Positions 19,417 to 28,861 of a stretch of 64,000 bases of DNA are shown here, piece after piece. The position numbers were made by a program, and so were the translations under genes. This stretch comes from Alphaproteobacteria bacterium (GTDB lineage: Bacteria > Pseudomonadota > Alphaproteobacteria > UBA828). How positions within the stretch are numbered: position 1 is the stretch's first letter; every line of letters starts with the position of its first letter. The notes under the pieces were generated by a model, which saw nothing but the letters and a program-made list of their open reading frames with translations, was not told the origin of the DNA and did no database searches. The stretch covers positions 32,001 to 96,000 of the forward strand of contig CAXXVO010000015.1 of the NCBI GenBank assembly GCA_963422645.2. Direction: 5' to 3'.

Positions 19417-20508
19417 TCAGGCTCCGGGCGGCGGACGGGGGTCGGGCGGTGGGCGGGGCTCGGTCTCGCCCCAGACGACGCGGCCGTCGGTCGACAGCAT
19501 GACCGCGATGGGCCGCGTGCGCGGGAAGTGGGCGAAGATGATCATGGCGATGACGGTAATGGGCACACAGAGGAACATCCCCGGTATACCCCAGATGGAG
19601 CCCCAGACCGCAAGCGAGACCAGGGTCGCGAAGGGGCTGATGTTGAGCGAAGAGCCCATCAGCATCGGCTCCAGGAAGTTGCCGATGAAGACCTGGATCA
19701 CGGCAAGGCTCGGCGTGACGATGAGAAAGGGCACGAAGGTGTCGAATTGCACCAGCGCCAGCAACGCCGGGAAGAGGATGCCCAGCAGCGAGCCGATGGT
19801 CGGGATGTAGTTCAGAAGGAAGATGATGACCACCCAGAAGCCGGCGAAGTCGAGGCCGACAGACGCCAGCACGGCATAGCTCAGGCCTGCCGTCAGCGCG
19901 CTGGTGAAGGTCTTGATCCAGAGATAGTTCTGAATCTCCTGGGTCATGTGGCTGAGGATGCCGCGCACCCGCTCCTCCCGCTCGGAGTCGGGGAAGAGCG
20001 CATTCATCTTGCGGTTGAAGCTGCCCTGTTCGACGAAGAGGAAGAGCACGTAGACCAGGATGAGCCCGGCTTCGCCGGCGATCCCGGTCAACGTCGCGGC
20101 GAGTCTGCTGACCACGGCCCTGAAGTCGATGCGATCGACGAGGTCGGTCAGGTTCGGCGTCTTCTCGAGGCCGAAGAGCGCGGACACCTCGCCGATCAGC
20201 CGCTGGAGATTGGCCTGATAGGTGGGGATCGCATCGACGACGCTGCTGAAGTTGCCGCTTACCATCTCGGCCAGCGACATGACCGCCGCGATGACCGCCA
20301 GCGCCGTGAGCGCAAGCGCGGCCCAGCGCGGCGGGCGAACGCCGCGTATGCTGAGCTTCATGATCCCGCGCGCGATGGCGTTGATCAGGTACCAGGCCAT
20401 GACCGCGATGGCGATCGGAATCAGGATGTTCCGCCCGGAGATGAGCAGGTAAATGGTGAGGGCGGCGATGCCGGCCGAGGCGGCGAAGAGGATGAGTCTT
20501 GATTGCAT
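19417..20508 (-). CDS. AI-2E family transporter
   Basis: Multi-TM; LNYIPTIGS, GNFLEPMLMG, WGIPGMFLCVP. Confidence 0.9.
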   Translation of the reverse strand: MQSRLILFAASAGIAALTIYLLISGRNILIPIAIAVMAWYLINAIARGIMKLSIRGVRPPRWAALALTALAVIAAVMSLAEMVSGNFSSVVDAIPTYQANLQRLIGEVSALFGLEKTPNLTDLVDRIDFRAVVSRLAATLTGIAGEAGLILVYVLFLFVEQGSFNRKMNALFPDSEREERVRGILSHMTQEIQNYLWIKTFTSALTAGLSYAVLASVGLDFAGFWVVIIFLLNYIPTIGSLLGILFPALLALVQFDTFVPFLIVTPSLAVIQVFIGNFLEPMLMGSSLNISPFATLVSLAVWGSIWGIPGMFLCVPITVIAMIIFAHFPRTRPIAVMLSTDGRVVWGETEPRPPPDPRPPPGA

Positions 20509-20589
20509 GAGGGAGGACCGTCCGGGTCTGTTCCGGCATTGTTGGGCCGGGCCAATCAGCCGTCAACCGGCCTCGACCGGAGCGGACGC

Positions 20590-20977
20590 ATGACCGGGGG
20601 GCCGGCGCGGGGGCGGAGACCGGGTCCGCTCCGCGGGCTCTACGACTGGACGCTCGCGCTCGCGGGCAAGCGGCACGCCGTCTGGGCGCTCGCCGCCGTG
20701 GCGTTTGCGGAAAGTTCGTTCTTCCCGATCCCGCCGGACCTGCTGCTGATCCCCATGGTGCTCGCGCAAAGGGCCAAGGCGTGGCTGCTGGCGGGAGTCT
20801 GTACCCTCTTCTCCGTCGGCGGCGGCCTCTTCGGCTACGCGATCGGATACTTTCTCTTCGATGCCTTCGGCGGCCCGCTGCTCGAGACTTGGGGCAACGA
20901 AGACAAGCTCGCGACCTTCGAGCGCTACCGGGACGAGTGGGGCGCCTGGATCGTCGTCGCCGGCGGCTTCACCCCCT
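20590..20977 (+). pseudogene. YqaA/DedA (VTT) membrane protein, truncated by IS110
   Basis: AFAESSFFPIPPDLLLIPM; breaks at GFTP where TPxPYK is expected. Confidence 0.85.
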
Positions 20978-21049
20978 GTACCTCTCATGACGCTTCAGCC
21001 GTTTCGGGGTGCAGACGTTGCTTAGCCATTTCCTCGACCTTCATCGCAG

Positions 21050-21320
21050 CAGTGCTGGCTGGCCACTGGCTTCGCCGGAGCGCGTAGCGCGGAGGGGAAG
21101 CCAGTGGCCAGGTGCAGCTCATCGAAGCTCCCTGCCATCGTGGCAGTCCCGTCCATTGCGGACGGGACGGGCCAAGGGATCGAGAGCAACCGAGCGCCCC
21201 CTGCGCCGAGAGCACCTGGGGGGGACCTGTGCCTCGGTCCCTGGCCACGATGGACGCCTGGTGGGGAGTTTGCGCCTTGAGCGCCAGTACAGGGACGGGA
21301 AGGCATCGTGGCGGTCCGTT
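21050..21320 (+). ncRNA. Putative IS110 bridge RNA
   Basis: Stems CTGGCCACTGGCTTC/GAAGCCAGTGGCCAG and GTCCCGTCC/GGACGGGAC; guide-like matches to the insertion junction; boundaries approximate. Confidence 0.6.
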
Positions 21321-21345
21321 TGCACAAGGGCGCGAAGGGAATGCC

Positions 21346-22433
21346 ATGCACATGCTTGAGTATTTTGCGGGGATCGACTGGGGCTCGGAGACCCACCAGG
21401 TCTGCGTTGTCGACAGCGCTGGCGAGGTGTCGGCCGAGCGGGCCTTCAGTCACGGCGGAGCCGGTCTCGCAGAGATGGCGGCCTGGATCCTCGCCAGGGC
21501 GGGCGTCGACCCGCACGCGATCGGGGTCGCCATCGAGATCCCGCACGGACCCGTCGTCGAGACCATGATGGAACGCGGCTTCACGGTCCACTCCGTGAAT
21601 CCGAAGCAGCTCGACCGCTTCCGCGACCGCTTCTCGCCGGCCGGCGCCAAGGACGATCGCCGCGACGCCCGCGTGCTCGCCGATGCCCTGCGGACCGATG
21701 GCCATGCGTTCCGGCGCCTGGACCCGGCAGCGCCGGAGATCGTCGAGCTGCGCGAGTGGTCGCGGATCGCCAACGACCTGACCCGCGACAGGACCCGGCT
21801 GGTGAACCGGGCCCGCCAGCAGCTCTGGCGCTACTATCCGCAGCTCCTCAAGGTCGAAAGCGATCTCACCAGGGCCTGGGTTCGCGAGCTCTGGTGCCTT
21901 GCGCCGACGCCCGCAAAGGCGCAGCGCGTCCGCGCCGCCACCGTCGCCAAGCTCCTGAAGCGCCATCGGGTGCGCCGGATCGATGCCGAAACCGCGCTCC
22001 GGATCATGCGCGAGCAGGCGGTGTCCGTCGCACCCGGCACGACCGAGGCCGCAGTCGCTCATATCGAGGTCGTCTTCTCGCAGCTTGCCGTCATCGCGCA
22101 GCAGCTCGCCAAGGCCTATGGCGAACTCGACCGTCTGAGCGCAACGCTGTCCCGATCGGCAGCCTCCCCGGAGGACGAGCCGGGAACAAATGCGCAGCGT
22201 GACGTGGAAATCCTGAGCTCGCTTCCCGGCGTCGGCAGGATCGTCCTCGCCACGCTGCTCGCAGAAGCACACGATCCTCTGCGCCGGCGAGACTACCAGG
22301 CCTTGCGATGCCTGTCCGGCGTCGCTCCCGTGACCAAGCGGTCCGGCAAGTCGCTCATCGTCATACGACGTCTCGCGTCTCACAACCGGCTCCAGGACGC
22401 CGTCTACCACTGGGCCGGGGTCGCGATACAGCA
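21346..22433 (+). pseudogene. IS110 recombinase, C-terminally truncated
   Basis: FAGIDW, AIE, KDDRRDA, LPGVG, GVAPVTKRSGKS; read-through into an IS4-like fragment. Confidence 0.88.
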
Positions 22434-22616
22434 GGAGGGCACATTGGGAGGGTACTGGGCATGGTTGAGACCGTGCAATTGGTATCAAATTATAATATCA
22501 GACCTCGGGCGCGACACCCAGCGAAAAACCGCCTGAAACAACCGAAATGTATCAGAATTCAAGGAGTTCCCGGCACGCTGCCCAGAACAGCCAGCATCAC
22601 GAGGTCAGGAAGTCTG
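22434..22616 (-). mobile_element. Left-end fragment of the IS4-like element
   Basis: Matches 3826-4008 region, including the terminus. Confidence 0.88.
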
Positions 22617-22695
22617 AACCTCATCCAAAATTTCGCACGCCAGTTCGTAGAAAGACTTCCTTACGTCGCGCCTTTCCTGAGCAAGCCGCTCCCGT

Positions 22696-23940
22696 TCACG
22701 CATTCGTCCGACCTCCACGTCGGCCCAGCGGCACGACTGTGCCGCCGGCATCACCCAGATAGGCACTCCATTGATTCATCAGGATGCGGCGGCGGTCGAA
22801 CTGGTCGCTTCTGTTGTAGGCGGCTTCAGTTTTGTCGCGCACCGTGTGGGCCAGAGCCGCTTCCATTACGTCGCGCGGAGTGTGGGTGAGTTCGCTTGCC
22901 CAGTCGCGCAAGCTCGATCGGAAGCCATGCGGCACGCCGTCCAGGCCGAGGTCACGCATGAGCTTGGAGATCGTCATGTCCGACAGCGGCTTGCCGGTCC
23001 GCGTGCCGGGGAAGATGAGGCCGCTTCCGTCATCGAGTGTCCGCGCCTCGGCGAGGATCGCGAGCGCGCGGTCGCAGAGAGGCACGCGGTGCACGATGCG
23101 GGCCTTCATTCGTGATGCCGGCACAGTCCAGGTCGCCGCCGCCGTGTCGATCTCGTCCCAGGTGGCGAGTCGGACCTCGCCCGAGCGCGCGGCCGTCAGG
23201 ATCAGGAACTCGAAGGCGAGCTTCGCGGACTTCCCGGCGCCCGAGCCGCGCACCGTCTCGATGGCGGCCGCGACCTCTCCGTGCGGCAAGGCCCGATGAT
23301 GACGCTTGGTCTTGCCGTTGTGCTTGGGGAGTGCCGCGCCGATGGCGTCGCCGGCCGGGTTGTCGGCCCGGTAGCCCTGCGCCACGGCCCACTTCATCAC
23401 CGTCGAGATACGCTGGCGCACGCGCCGCGCGGTCTCGGGCTTCGAGCTCCAGATCGGCATGAGAGCGGCCATGACGTCGGCCGTGGTGATGTCCGCGACG
23501 GGGCGTTGGCCGAGGCGCGGAAACACATAGCTTCGAAGCGTGGCTCCCCACTGGGCGGCATGCTTCTCGTTTCGCCATCCGTGGCGGTGGAGATCGATGA
23601 CGGTTGCGGTCGCAGCCTCAAAGGTCGGGATAGCGGTCGAGCTGCGGCGCTGAGCGAGAGGGTCGCCACCGGCACGCGCGATCTTGCGGTTCTCCAGCGC
23701 AACCTCCCGCGCTTCGGTGACGGAGACGAGCGCGCATCCACCCAGTCCGAGCGTGCGTTGCCGCCCGTGAATGACGAGCCTTTGCCCCCACCGCTTGGCG
23801 CCGGAGGGATCGACCTTCAGGAAGAGCCCGTTGCCGTCGTAGTAGCGGCCTGGCTTGGTGGTCTTGCGTACGAAGGCCGGGCTCAGCCTCTTCTCGGGGT
23901 GCTTGCCCGTCGGTTTTTGACCGTCCGCCATTCTGGCCAC
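22696..23940 (-). CDS. P4-like tyrosine integrase with Arm DNA-binding domain
   Basis: DGNGLFLKV, LTAARSGEVR, HGFRSS, LAH, AYNR; next to the tRNA 3' end. Confidence 0.93.
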   Translation of the reverse strand: MARMADGQKPTGKHPEKRLSPAFVRKTTKPGRYYDGNGLFLKVDPSGAKRWGQRLVIHGRQRTLGLGGCALVSVTEAREVALENRKIARAGGDPLAQRRSSTAIPTFEAATATVIDLHRHGWRNEKHAAQWGATLRSYVFPRLGQRPVADITTADVMAALMPIWSSKPETARRVRQRISTVMKWAVAQGYRADNPAGDAIGAALPKHNGKTKRHHRALPHGEVAAAIETVRGSGAGKSAKLAFEFLILTAARSGEVRLATWDEIDTAAATWTVPASRMKARIVHRVPLCDRALAILAEARTLDDGSGLIFPGTRTGKPLSDMTISKLMRDLGLDGVPHGFRSSLRDWASELTHTPRDVMEAALAHTVRDKTEAAYNRSDQFDRRRILMNQWSAYLGDAGGTVVPLGRRGGRTNA

Positions 23941-24072
23941 CCTCTTTCCCGCTCCCTATACTAGACGAGATTATAGAGGATGGTGCTGAACGGCACAAGA
24001 CGAACCAATCGAAGAAACTGACCTATTCCTGCGGGTTATAGAGACGATGCGGGACTTCTTCATACAAGATAG

Positions 24073-24162
24073 TGGCGGAGGGGGTGGGATTCGAACCCAC
24101 GGTACGCTCGCGCGTACAACGGTTTTCGAGACCGCCCCGTTCGACCACTCCGGCACCCCTCC
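24073..24162 (-). tRNA. tRNA-Ser(CGA)
   Basis: GGAGGGGTG...GCGGT-CT-CGA-AA-ACCGT, long variable arm, GGTTCGAATCC, encoded CCA. Confidence 0.96.
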
Positions 24163-24197
24163 GCGGTCCGCCGCCCGGTGGGCTGCGCGGCCCTTAT

Positions 24198-25070
24198 CTA
24201 CGCCGGGCGAGCGCCCTCGGCAACCGCCGCAGCCGCCACGCTCCGCTCGTAGCCCGCGAAATCCTCGGTGCCGAGCACGTGGCGCTCCATCCACGCCGTG
24301 AAGGCCTCGCGCGAACGCGCGATCCCGTCCCAGGCCTCGTAGAAGGTGTTGTCCCGGCGGTAGTAGCCGAGCGCATAGGAGGGTCTGGCGCCGCCGGGCG
24401 CGGGCGAGACCGCGCTCACCACCCAGTGCGGCAGGTGGACCGAGCCTGGCCTGGGCTCAAGCTCATCCACGATCTCCTCCACCGTGACGAGCACTTTCCG
24501 GCTCGCGAGCGCGACCTCCTTCTGCACGCCGGAGATACCCCAGAGCATGACGTTGCCCTTGCGGTCGGCCTGTTGGGCGTGGATCACCGCGATATCGGGG
24601 CAGATGGCGGGGCTCGCCGCGAGCTGCTCCCCGGTGAAGGGGCAGGTGATGAACTTGATGATCGGGTTGTGCGCCGGCAGGTCCGAGCCGACATAGCCCC
24701 GGATCACCGAGAAGGGCAGCCCGCTCGCGCCCGCGACATAAGCGTTGGCGAGGTCGGCGTGGCTCCGCTCCTCGATCTCCAGCGGCCGGGGCCAGCCCTT
24801 CTCCACCGCGTCGCGGAAGCGGTGCAGCGAGCCCACGCCCGGGTTGCCGCCCCAGGAGAAGACCAGCCGCTTGACGCAGCCCATGCCGATGAGCTGGTCG
24901 TAAATCAGGTCCGGCGTCATCCGCACCGCCGTGAGGTCCTTGAGGCCTGCGCGGATCACCGCGTGGCCCGCGGCATGGGGGATCAGGTGGGTGAAGCCCT
25001 CCATGGCAACGGTATCGCCGTCATGGATGAGCACCGACACCGCGTCCGCAAGCGGGACGATCTCGGTCAT
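24198..25070 (-). CDS. CoA-transferase subunit A (3-oxoadipate/glutaconate type)
   Basis: MEGFTHLIP, RMTPDLIYDQLIG, SWGGNPGVGSLHR. Confidence 0.9.
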   Translation of the reverse strand: MTEIVPLADAVSVLIHDGDTVAMEGFTHLIPHAAGHAVIRAGLKDLTAVRMTPDLIYDQLIGMGCVKRLVFSWGGNPGVGSLHRFRDAVEKGWPRPLEIEERSHADLANAYVAGASGLPFSVIRGYVGSDLPAHNPIIKFITCPFTGEQLAASPAICPDIAVIHAQQADRKGNVMLWGISGVQKEVALASRKVLVTVEEIVDELEPRPGSVHLPHWVVSAVSPAPGGARPSYALGYYRRDNTFYEAWDGIARSREAFTAWMERHVLGTEDFAGYERSVAAAAVAEGARPA

Positions 25071-25124
25071 GCGCCGGCCGTGACGCGAACGTACCAGTGC
25101 AGGTGAGAAACGGGTGCCGGGCGG

Positions 25125-26117
25125 CTAGAAGCGCACGGGCACGACCGGCGCCTCGCCTTTGGCGATCATCTCGGGGATCACCGGCGAGGCGTTCTCCCAC
25201 ACCAGCAGCATCGAGCGCTTGGGCGAGAAGCCTTGGTGGCGGATGTCGGCCGGCATGCAGGCGACATCGCCGGCCCGCATGGTCACCACCGCGCGGGGAT
25301 CGCCGGAATGCTTGTCCTTCACGTTCCAGACGATCTCGTCCGAGAGCTGGATGAACCACTCGACGCGGTCGTTACCGTGCTCCACCGGGAGCGAAAACTC
25401 CTCCGAAGTGGGGCAGAAGAGGCTGTCCCGCACCACGGAGCAAACGGACGGGTTCCAGGTCACATCCGAGCGCGAGAGATAGGCGAAGAGGTTGAAGGAC
25501 TGCACCTCGTTCTCGAAGCCGGGCTCGATCTCGACCTCCGGCGCGTCCTGCTCCACATCGGCGAACATACGGTTGACCGGGTAGCCGCTCTCGTCGCTAC
25601 GGAGCGGCGCATCGTCCGGCAACCCAACCATGCGCTTCGCCATCACCCGCACGCGGCCGAGGGCCTCGGGGTTGCGCCCGCTCTTGCGGCCAAAGGGCTG
25701 CGCCGTCTCCTGCGGTGCTGTGAAGGGGTCGTAGCCGGCGTTGGTCCAGTCATCGAGCATCGCCTGGAAGGCCGCCCTCAGGTCGTCGCTGTCGATGGTC
25801 TCCTGGTAGTCGCGGCCGTTCTCGCGGTAGGCGTCATTGAAGCGCCCGATGTAGAGCTCGACCTGGCCGTAGAGGTTGGTGGTGCCGAACACGTCGTCGA
25901 AGTTGATGGTGCCGTAAAAGAAGTTCCACGCGACCTCTCGTACGAGCGCGCGCAGGAACGCATCCACCGGCATGAGATGGGAACCCTCGGGCCAGGTGAT
26001 ATGGGCGAAATACTCGTCGCGGCGAAAGCCGAAACCGCCGATCTGGAAGGTGCGGTAGCCGGTGTAGTTGTCGGGATCGGAGGCCGTGTAGGCCATCTGT
26101 GCGGTCTGTGCGGACAT
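25125..26117 (-). CDS. Hydroquinone 1,2-dioxygenase large subunit (HapD/PnpC2-like)
   Basis: FRRDEYFAHITWP, LPVEHGNDRVEWFIQLSDEI, MPADIRHQG. Confidence 0.85.
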   Translation of the reverse strand: MSAQTAQMAYTASDPDNYTGYRTFQIGGFGFRRDEYFAHITWPEGSHLMPVDAFLRALVREVAWNFFYGTINFDDVFGTTNLYGQVELYIGRFNDAYRENGRDYQETIDSDDLRAAFQAMLDDWTNAGYDPFTAPQETAQPFGRKSGRNPEALGRVRVMAKRMVGLPDDAPLRSDESGYPVNRMFADVEQDAPEVEIEPGFENEVQSFNLFAYLSRSDVTWNPSVCSVVRDSLFCPTSEEFSLPVEHGNDRVEWFIQLSDEIVWNVKDKHSGDPRAVVTMRAGDVACMPADIRHQGFSPKRSMLLVWENASPVIPEMIAKGEAPVVPVRF

Positions 26118-26122
26118 CGCTC

Positions 26123-26620
26123 TCACTCCTCGCCGGTCTGGCAGATTTCGGCCCAGCGCTCGATTGTAAGCGGGCCTTCCATCGTCTGGAACAGGACGAC
26201 GCTCGGCGCCTCGGCCGAGATACGATAGGCGGCATTGGCGGGCAGCAGGGTCAGGTGGCCACGCCCGGCCCGGATGCGGCCCATGCGGGGGCCCTCCGGC
26301 TCGCCGTCGAGCTGCATGGCGCCGTCGCCTTCGGGCACCTCTCCGCCATGCTTCATCAGCTCGACCTCGATCTGCCCGTCGAGGCAAAGCGCGAACTCGT
26401 CATGGCCCGCCGTGAACCAGGGCGACGCGCCATCCACGCGCATGATCTCGATCGCGTACTCCAGGTTCTTGGCCACGCACACGCGCTCGAAGGGCGCCGA
26501 CTTGCCGGCCACCTCGAACACGTTGGAGAAGACATAGTTGCGCGGATCGTCGTTGATGATGTGGACCCCGCCCTTGCGGTAGTCGTCGAGCGATCCGAGC
26601 TCAGTGGTGTAGTCGGCCAT
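26123..26620 (-). CDS. Hydroquinone 1,2-dioxygenase small subunit (HapC/PnpC1-like)
   Basis: GSLDDYRKGG, YVFSNVFEVA, AKNLEY, HDEF; adjacent to large subunit. Confidence 0.85.
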   Translation of the reverse strand: MADYTTELGSLDDYRKGGVHIINDDPRNYVFSNVFEVAGKSAPFERVCVAKNLEYAIEIMRVDGASPWFTAGHDEFALCLDGQIEVELMKHGGEVPEGDGAMQLDGEPEGPRMGRIRAGRGHLTLLPANAAYRISAEAPSVVLFQTMEGPLTIERWAEICQTGEE

Positions 26621-26735
26621 GGGCCTCGTCCCCTGCCCTGCATTCAGCTTGCGGTGGCCACTTTACCCGAAACCCCCGCCAATGCGGAAACCCGACGAGA
26701 ACCCGCCGCACACGGCACGCCTGCGCCCGCGGCGC

Positions 26736-27542
26736 TCAGCGCCTGGCATCGCGCCAGGCGATGGCGGCGCGCAGGCCCTGGGTTCGTGTGATCTCGAGGA
26801 ATTCGCGCTTGGTCGCCGTGCCCTCGGCCTCGATCAGGAGGTCCTGGTCGAGCGCCATTTCCAGCGCCTCGTCGAAGCCCATCATGCGGTACATGCGGTT
26901 GATCGTGGCCTTGGTGCGCTTGAGCAGCGCCGGCTCGATGGCGGCCATGCGGCGGGCAAGCCCAAGCGCGGCCTCAACCTCCTCGCCCACGGGCACGACG
27001 CGGTTGACGAGGCCGATCTCGTAGGCGCGCCGGGCGCCGATTTCGTCCTCGCCGGTGAGCAGGATTTCCTTCGCGTGCTTGGGCCCGGTGAGCCAGGGCA
27101 TCAGCATCACGACGATGCCGGCGCCGAAACGGAGCTCGGGCTCGCCGAAGCGGGCATCGTCTGCCGCCACGGTGACGTCGCAGGCGAGCGCGAGCTCGCA
27201 GCCACCGGCGAGCGCCGGGCCCCGCACCGCGGCGATCGTCGGCTTCGAGAGGTGCCAGAAGCGCATCACGGTATCGAAGTCGTCCCGCAGCACGTCGCGC
27301 CATCGGGCGACGCCATCGGGCGGCGCCGCAGCCTGCTCCTTGAGGTCGAAGCCCGATGAGAACGCACCGCCCGCGCCGGTCACGACCAGCGCGCGGATCG
27401 CCTCATCGCTCTCGACGGCGTCGCACGCCGCGTTAAGCTCCGCCAGCATTGTCCGGTTGATCGCGTTCGCACGTTCGGGCCGGTTCAGCGTGACGAGCGC
27501 GATCGCGTCCCGCCGCTCGAACCTGATGCATTGATGGTCCAT
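26736..27542 (-). CDS. Enoyl-CoA hydratase/isomerase family protein
   Basis: LNRPERANA, FSSGFDL, ALAGGCELALACD. Confidence 0.9.
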   Translation of the reverse strand: MDHQCIRFERRDAIALVTLNRPERANAINRTMLAELNAACDAVESDEAIRALVVTGAGGAFSSGFDLKEQAAAPPDGVARWRDVLRDDFDTVMRFWHLSKPTIAAVRGPALAGGCELALACDVTVAADDARFGEPELRFGAGIVVMLMPWLTGPKHAKEILLTGEDEIGARRAYEIGLVNRVVPVGEEVEAALGLARRMAAIEPALLKRTKATINRMYRMMGFDEALEMALDQDLLIEAEGTATKREFLEITRTQGLRAAIAWRDARR

Positions 27543-27761
27543 CGCAGGCCCCCCCGGACGGATGCGTCGGACGCGAGCGCCGACGTAGAGCGTGTCCGTC
27601 TTGGGCGGACACGCGACAGGCCGCGACTGCGGGCCGCCGCTCTTGCGGCGCACATCGCGCGCCCCCGCGCGCGTGGACGCGCGACGCGGAGGCGCCGGCC
27701 GCAGGCCGGCTACCGTAAGCGGAAATGAAGATAGATCGTTTCCGTGTGAAGCGGAAACGCT

Positions 27762-28217
27762 CTAAGCGTCGTGGCTGGGGACCCAGGGGATCTCGCCGAT
27801 CTCGATCCCCTCGTCAGCAAGTTCGCCGACCTCTTCCTTGGTGGCATCGCCGTAGATGCTGCGGCGTTCGGCCTCGCCGTAGTGGATCTTGCGCGCCTCC
27901 TCGGGGAAGCTCTCGCCCACATGATCGAAATTCTGCTCGATATAGGTGCGCATGCGCCGCAGCGTTCCGACCGCGTGGGCCATTTCCGGCGGCGTCGGCT
28001 TGCGTGCAGGCACCTTCTCCGGCGCAGGCTCGGGCTCTCCCCTCGCCTTGTTGTTGACCGCGATGTTGGGTGCCATGGGCGCCTTCGCGACCTTGACGTC
28101 GCCGCAGTAGGGGCAGCCGATCTCGCCCGCCTCCGCCTGCTGCTCATAGGCCGCGGAGTCGGCGAAGTAGGCCTCGAACACGTGGTCCTTGCCGCACTTG
28201 AGGTCGAACACGATCAT
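27762..28217 (-). CDS. DUF1178 family protein
   Basis: MIVFDLKC..HVFE, CPYCG, VGESFPEEARKIHYGE. Confidence 0.9.
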   Translation of the reverse strand: MIVFDLKCGKDHVFEAYFADSAAYEQQAEAGEIGCPYCGDVKVAKAPMAPNIAVNNKARGEPEPAPEKVPARKPTPPEMAHAVGTLRRMRTYIEQNFDHVGESFPEEARKIHYGEAERRSIYGDATKEEVGELADEGIEIGEIPWVPSHDA

Positions 28218-28312
28218 GGGGCTCTGCCCGGCTCGCTGCCACGGTCTCTGCAACGTACCATAGAACCCCGAATCCATACGAAAATCCAATTGGCCTCACG
28301 GCCGGTGCCGCC

Positions 28313-28849
28313 ATGCACAGCCACCGCTCACGCGTCCCCTCTTCCTGGATTACCCGCTACGCAGGCCTGATCGCCGAAGGCGGCCATGCCCTCGACCTCG
28401 CCTGCGGCGGGGGCCGGCACACGCGCTATCTGCGCGAGCGCGGCCTCAAGGTCACGGCCATCGACATCGACACCTCGGGCCTCGCCGACCTCGCGGACGA
28501 TCCCCTGGTCGAGATCGTCGAGACGGACTTGGAGCGTCCCGGCGCCACGCCGCTCTCCGGGCGCCGCTTCGACGCCGTGGTGGTGACGGACTACTTGTTT
28601 CGCCCGCTGCTGGTCCCGCTCGTGGATTGCCTCCTGCCGGGCGGCGTCTTCCTCTACGAGACCTTTGCCACCGGCAACGAGCGCTTCGGTCGCCCCCGCA
28701 ACCCGGACTTTCTGCTGCAGCGCGGCGAGCTGCTGGCGCTCTCCGAAGGGCGTCTCTCGGTCGTCGCCTACGAGCACCGCGCAGTCCCGCCGCCCGCGCC
28801 TAAGATCGTGCAGCACCTCTGCGCCCGCAAGCCGGCGCGCGGACCATGA
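28313..28849 (+). CDS. Class I SAM-dependent methyltransferase
   Basis: LDLACGGGRH, GGVFLYETF. Confidence 0.85.
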   Translation: MHSHRSRVPSSWITRYAGLIAEGGHALDLACGGGRHTRYLRERGLKVTAIDIDTSGLADLADDPLVEIVETDLERPGATPLSGRRFDAVVVTDYLFRPLLVPLVDCLLPGGVFLYETFATGNERFGRPRNPDFLLQRGELLALSEGRLSVVAYEHRAVPPPAPKIVQHLCARKPARGP

Positions 28850-28861
28850 CTGCGGCGAGAA

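Larger units (their letters stand above)
20978..22433 (+). mobile_element. IS110-family element, 3' end lost
   Basis: ~370-nt structured leader followed by a DEDD recombinase. Confidence 0.85.

Noticed and set aside
19415-20566. 757-aa ORF suggesting a fusion upstream of the dehydrogenase
   Set aside because: The upstream half is an off-frame read of the AI-2E gene; the dehydrogenase starts at 19414.
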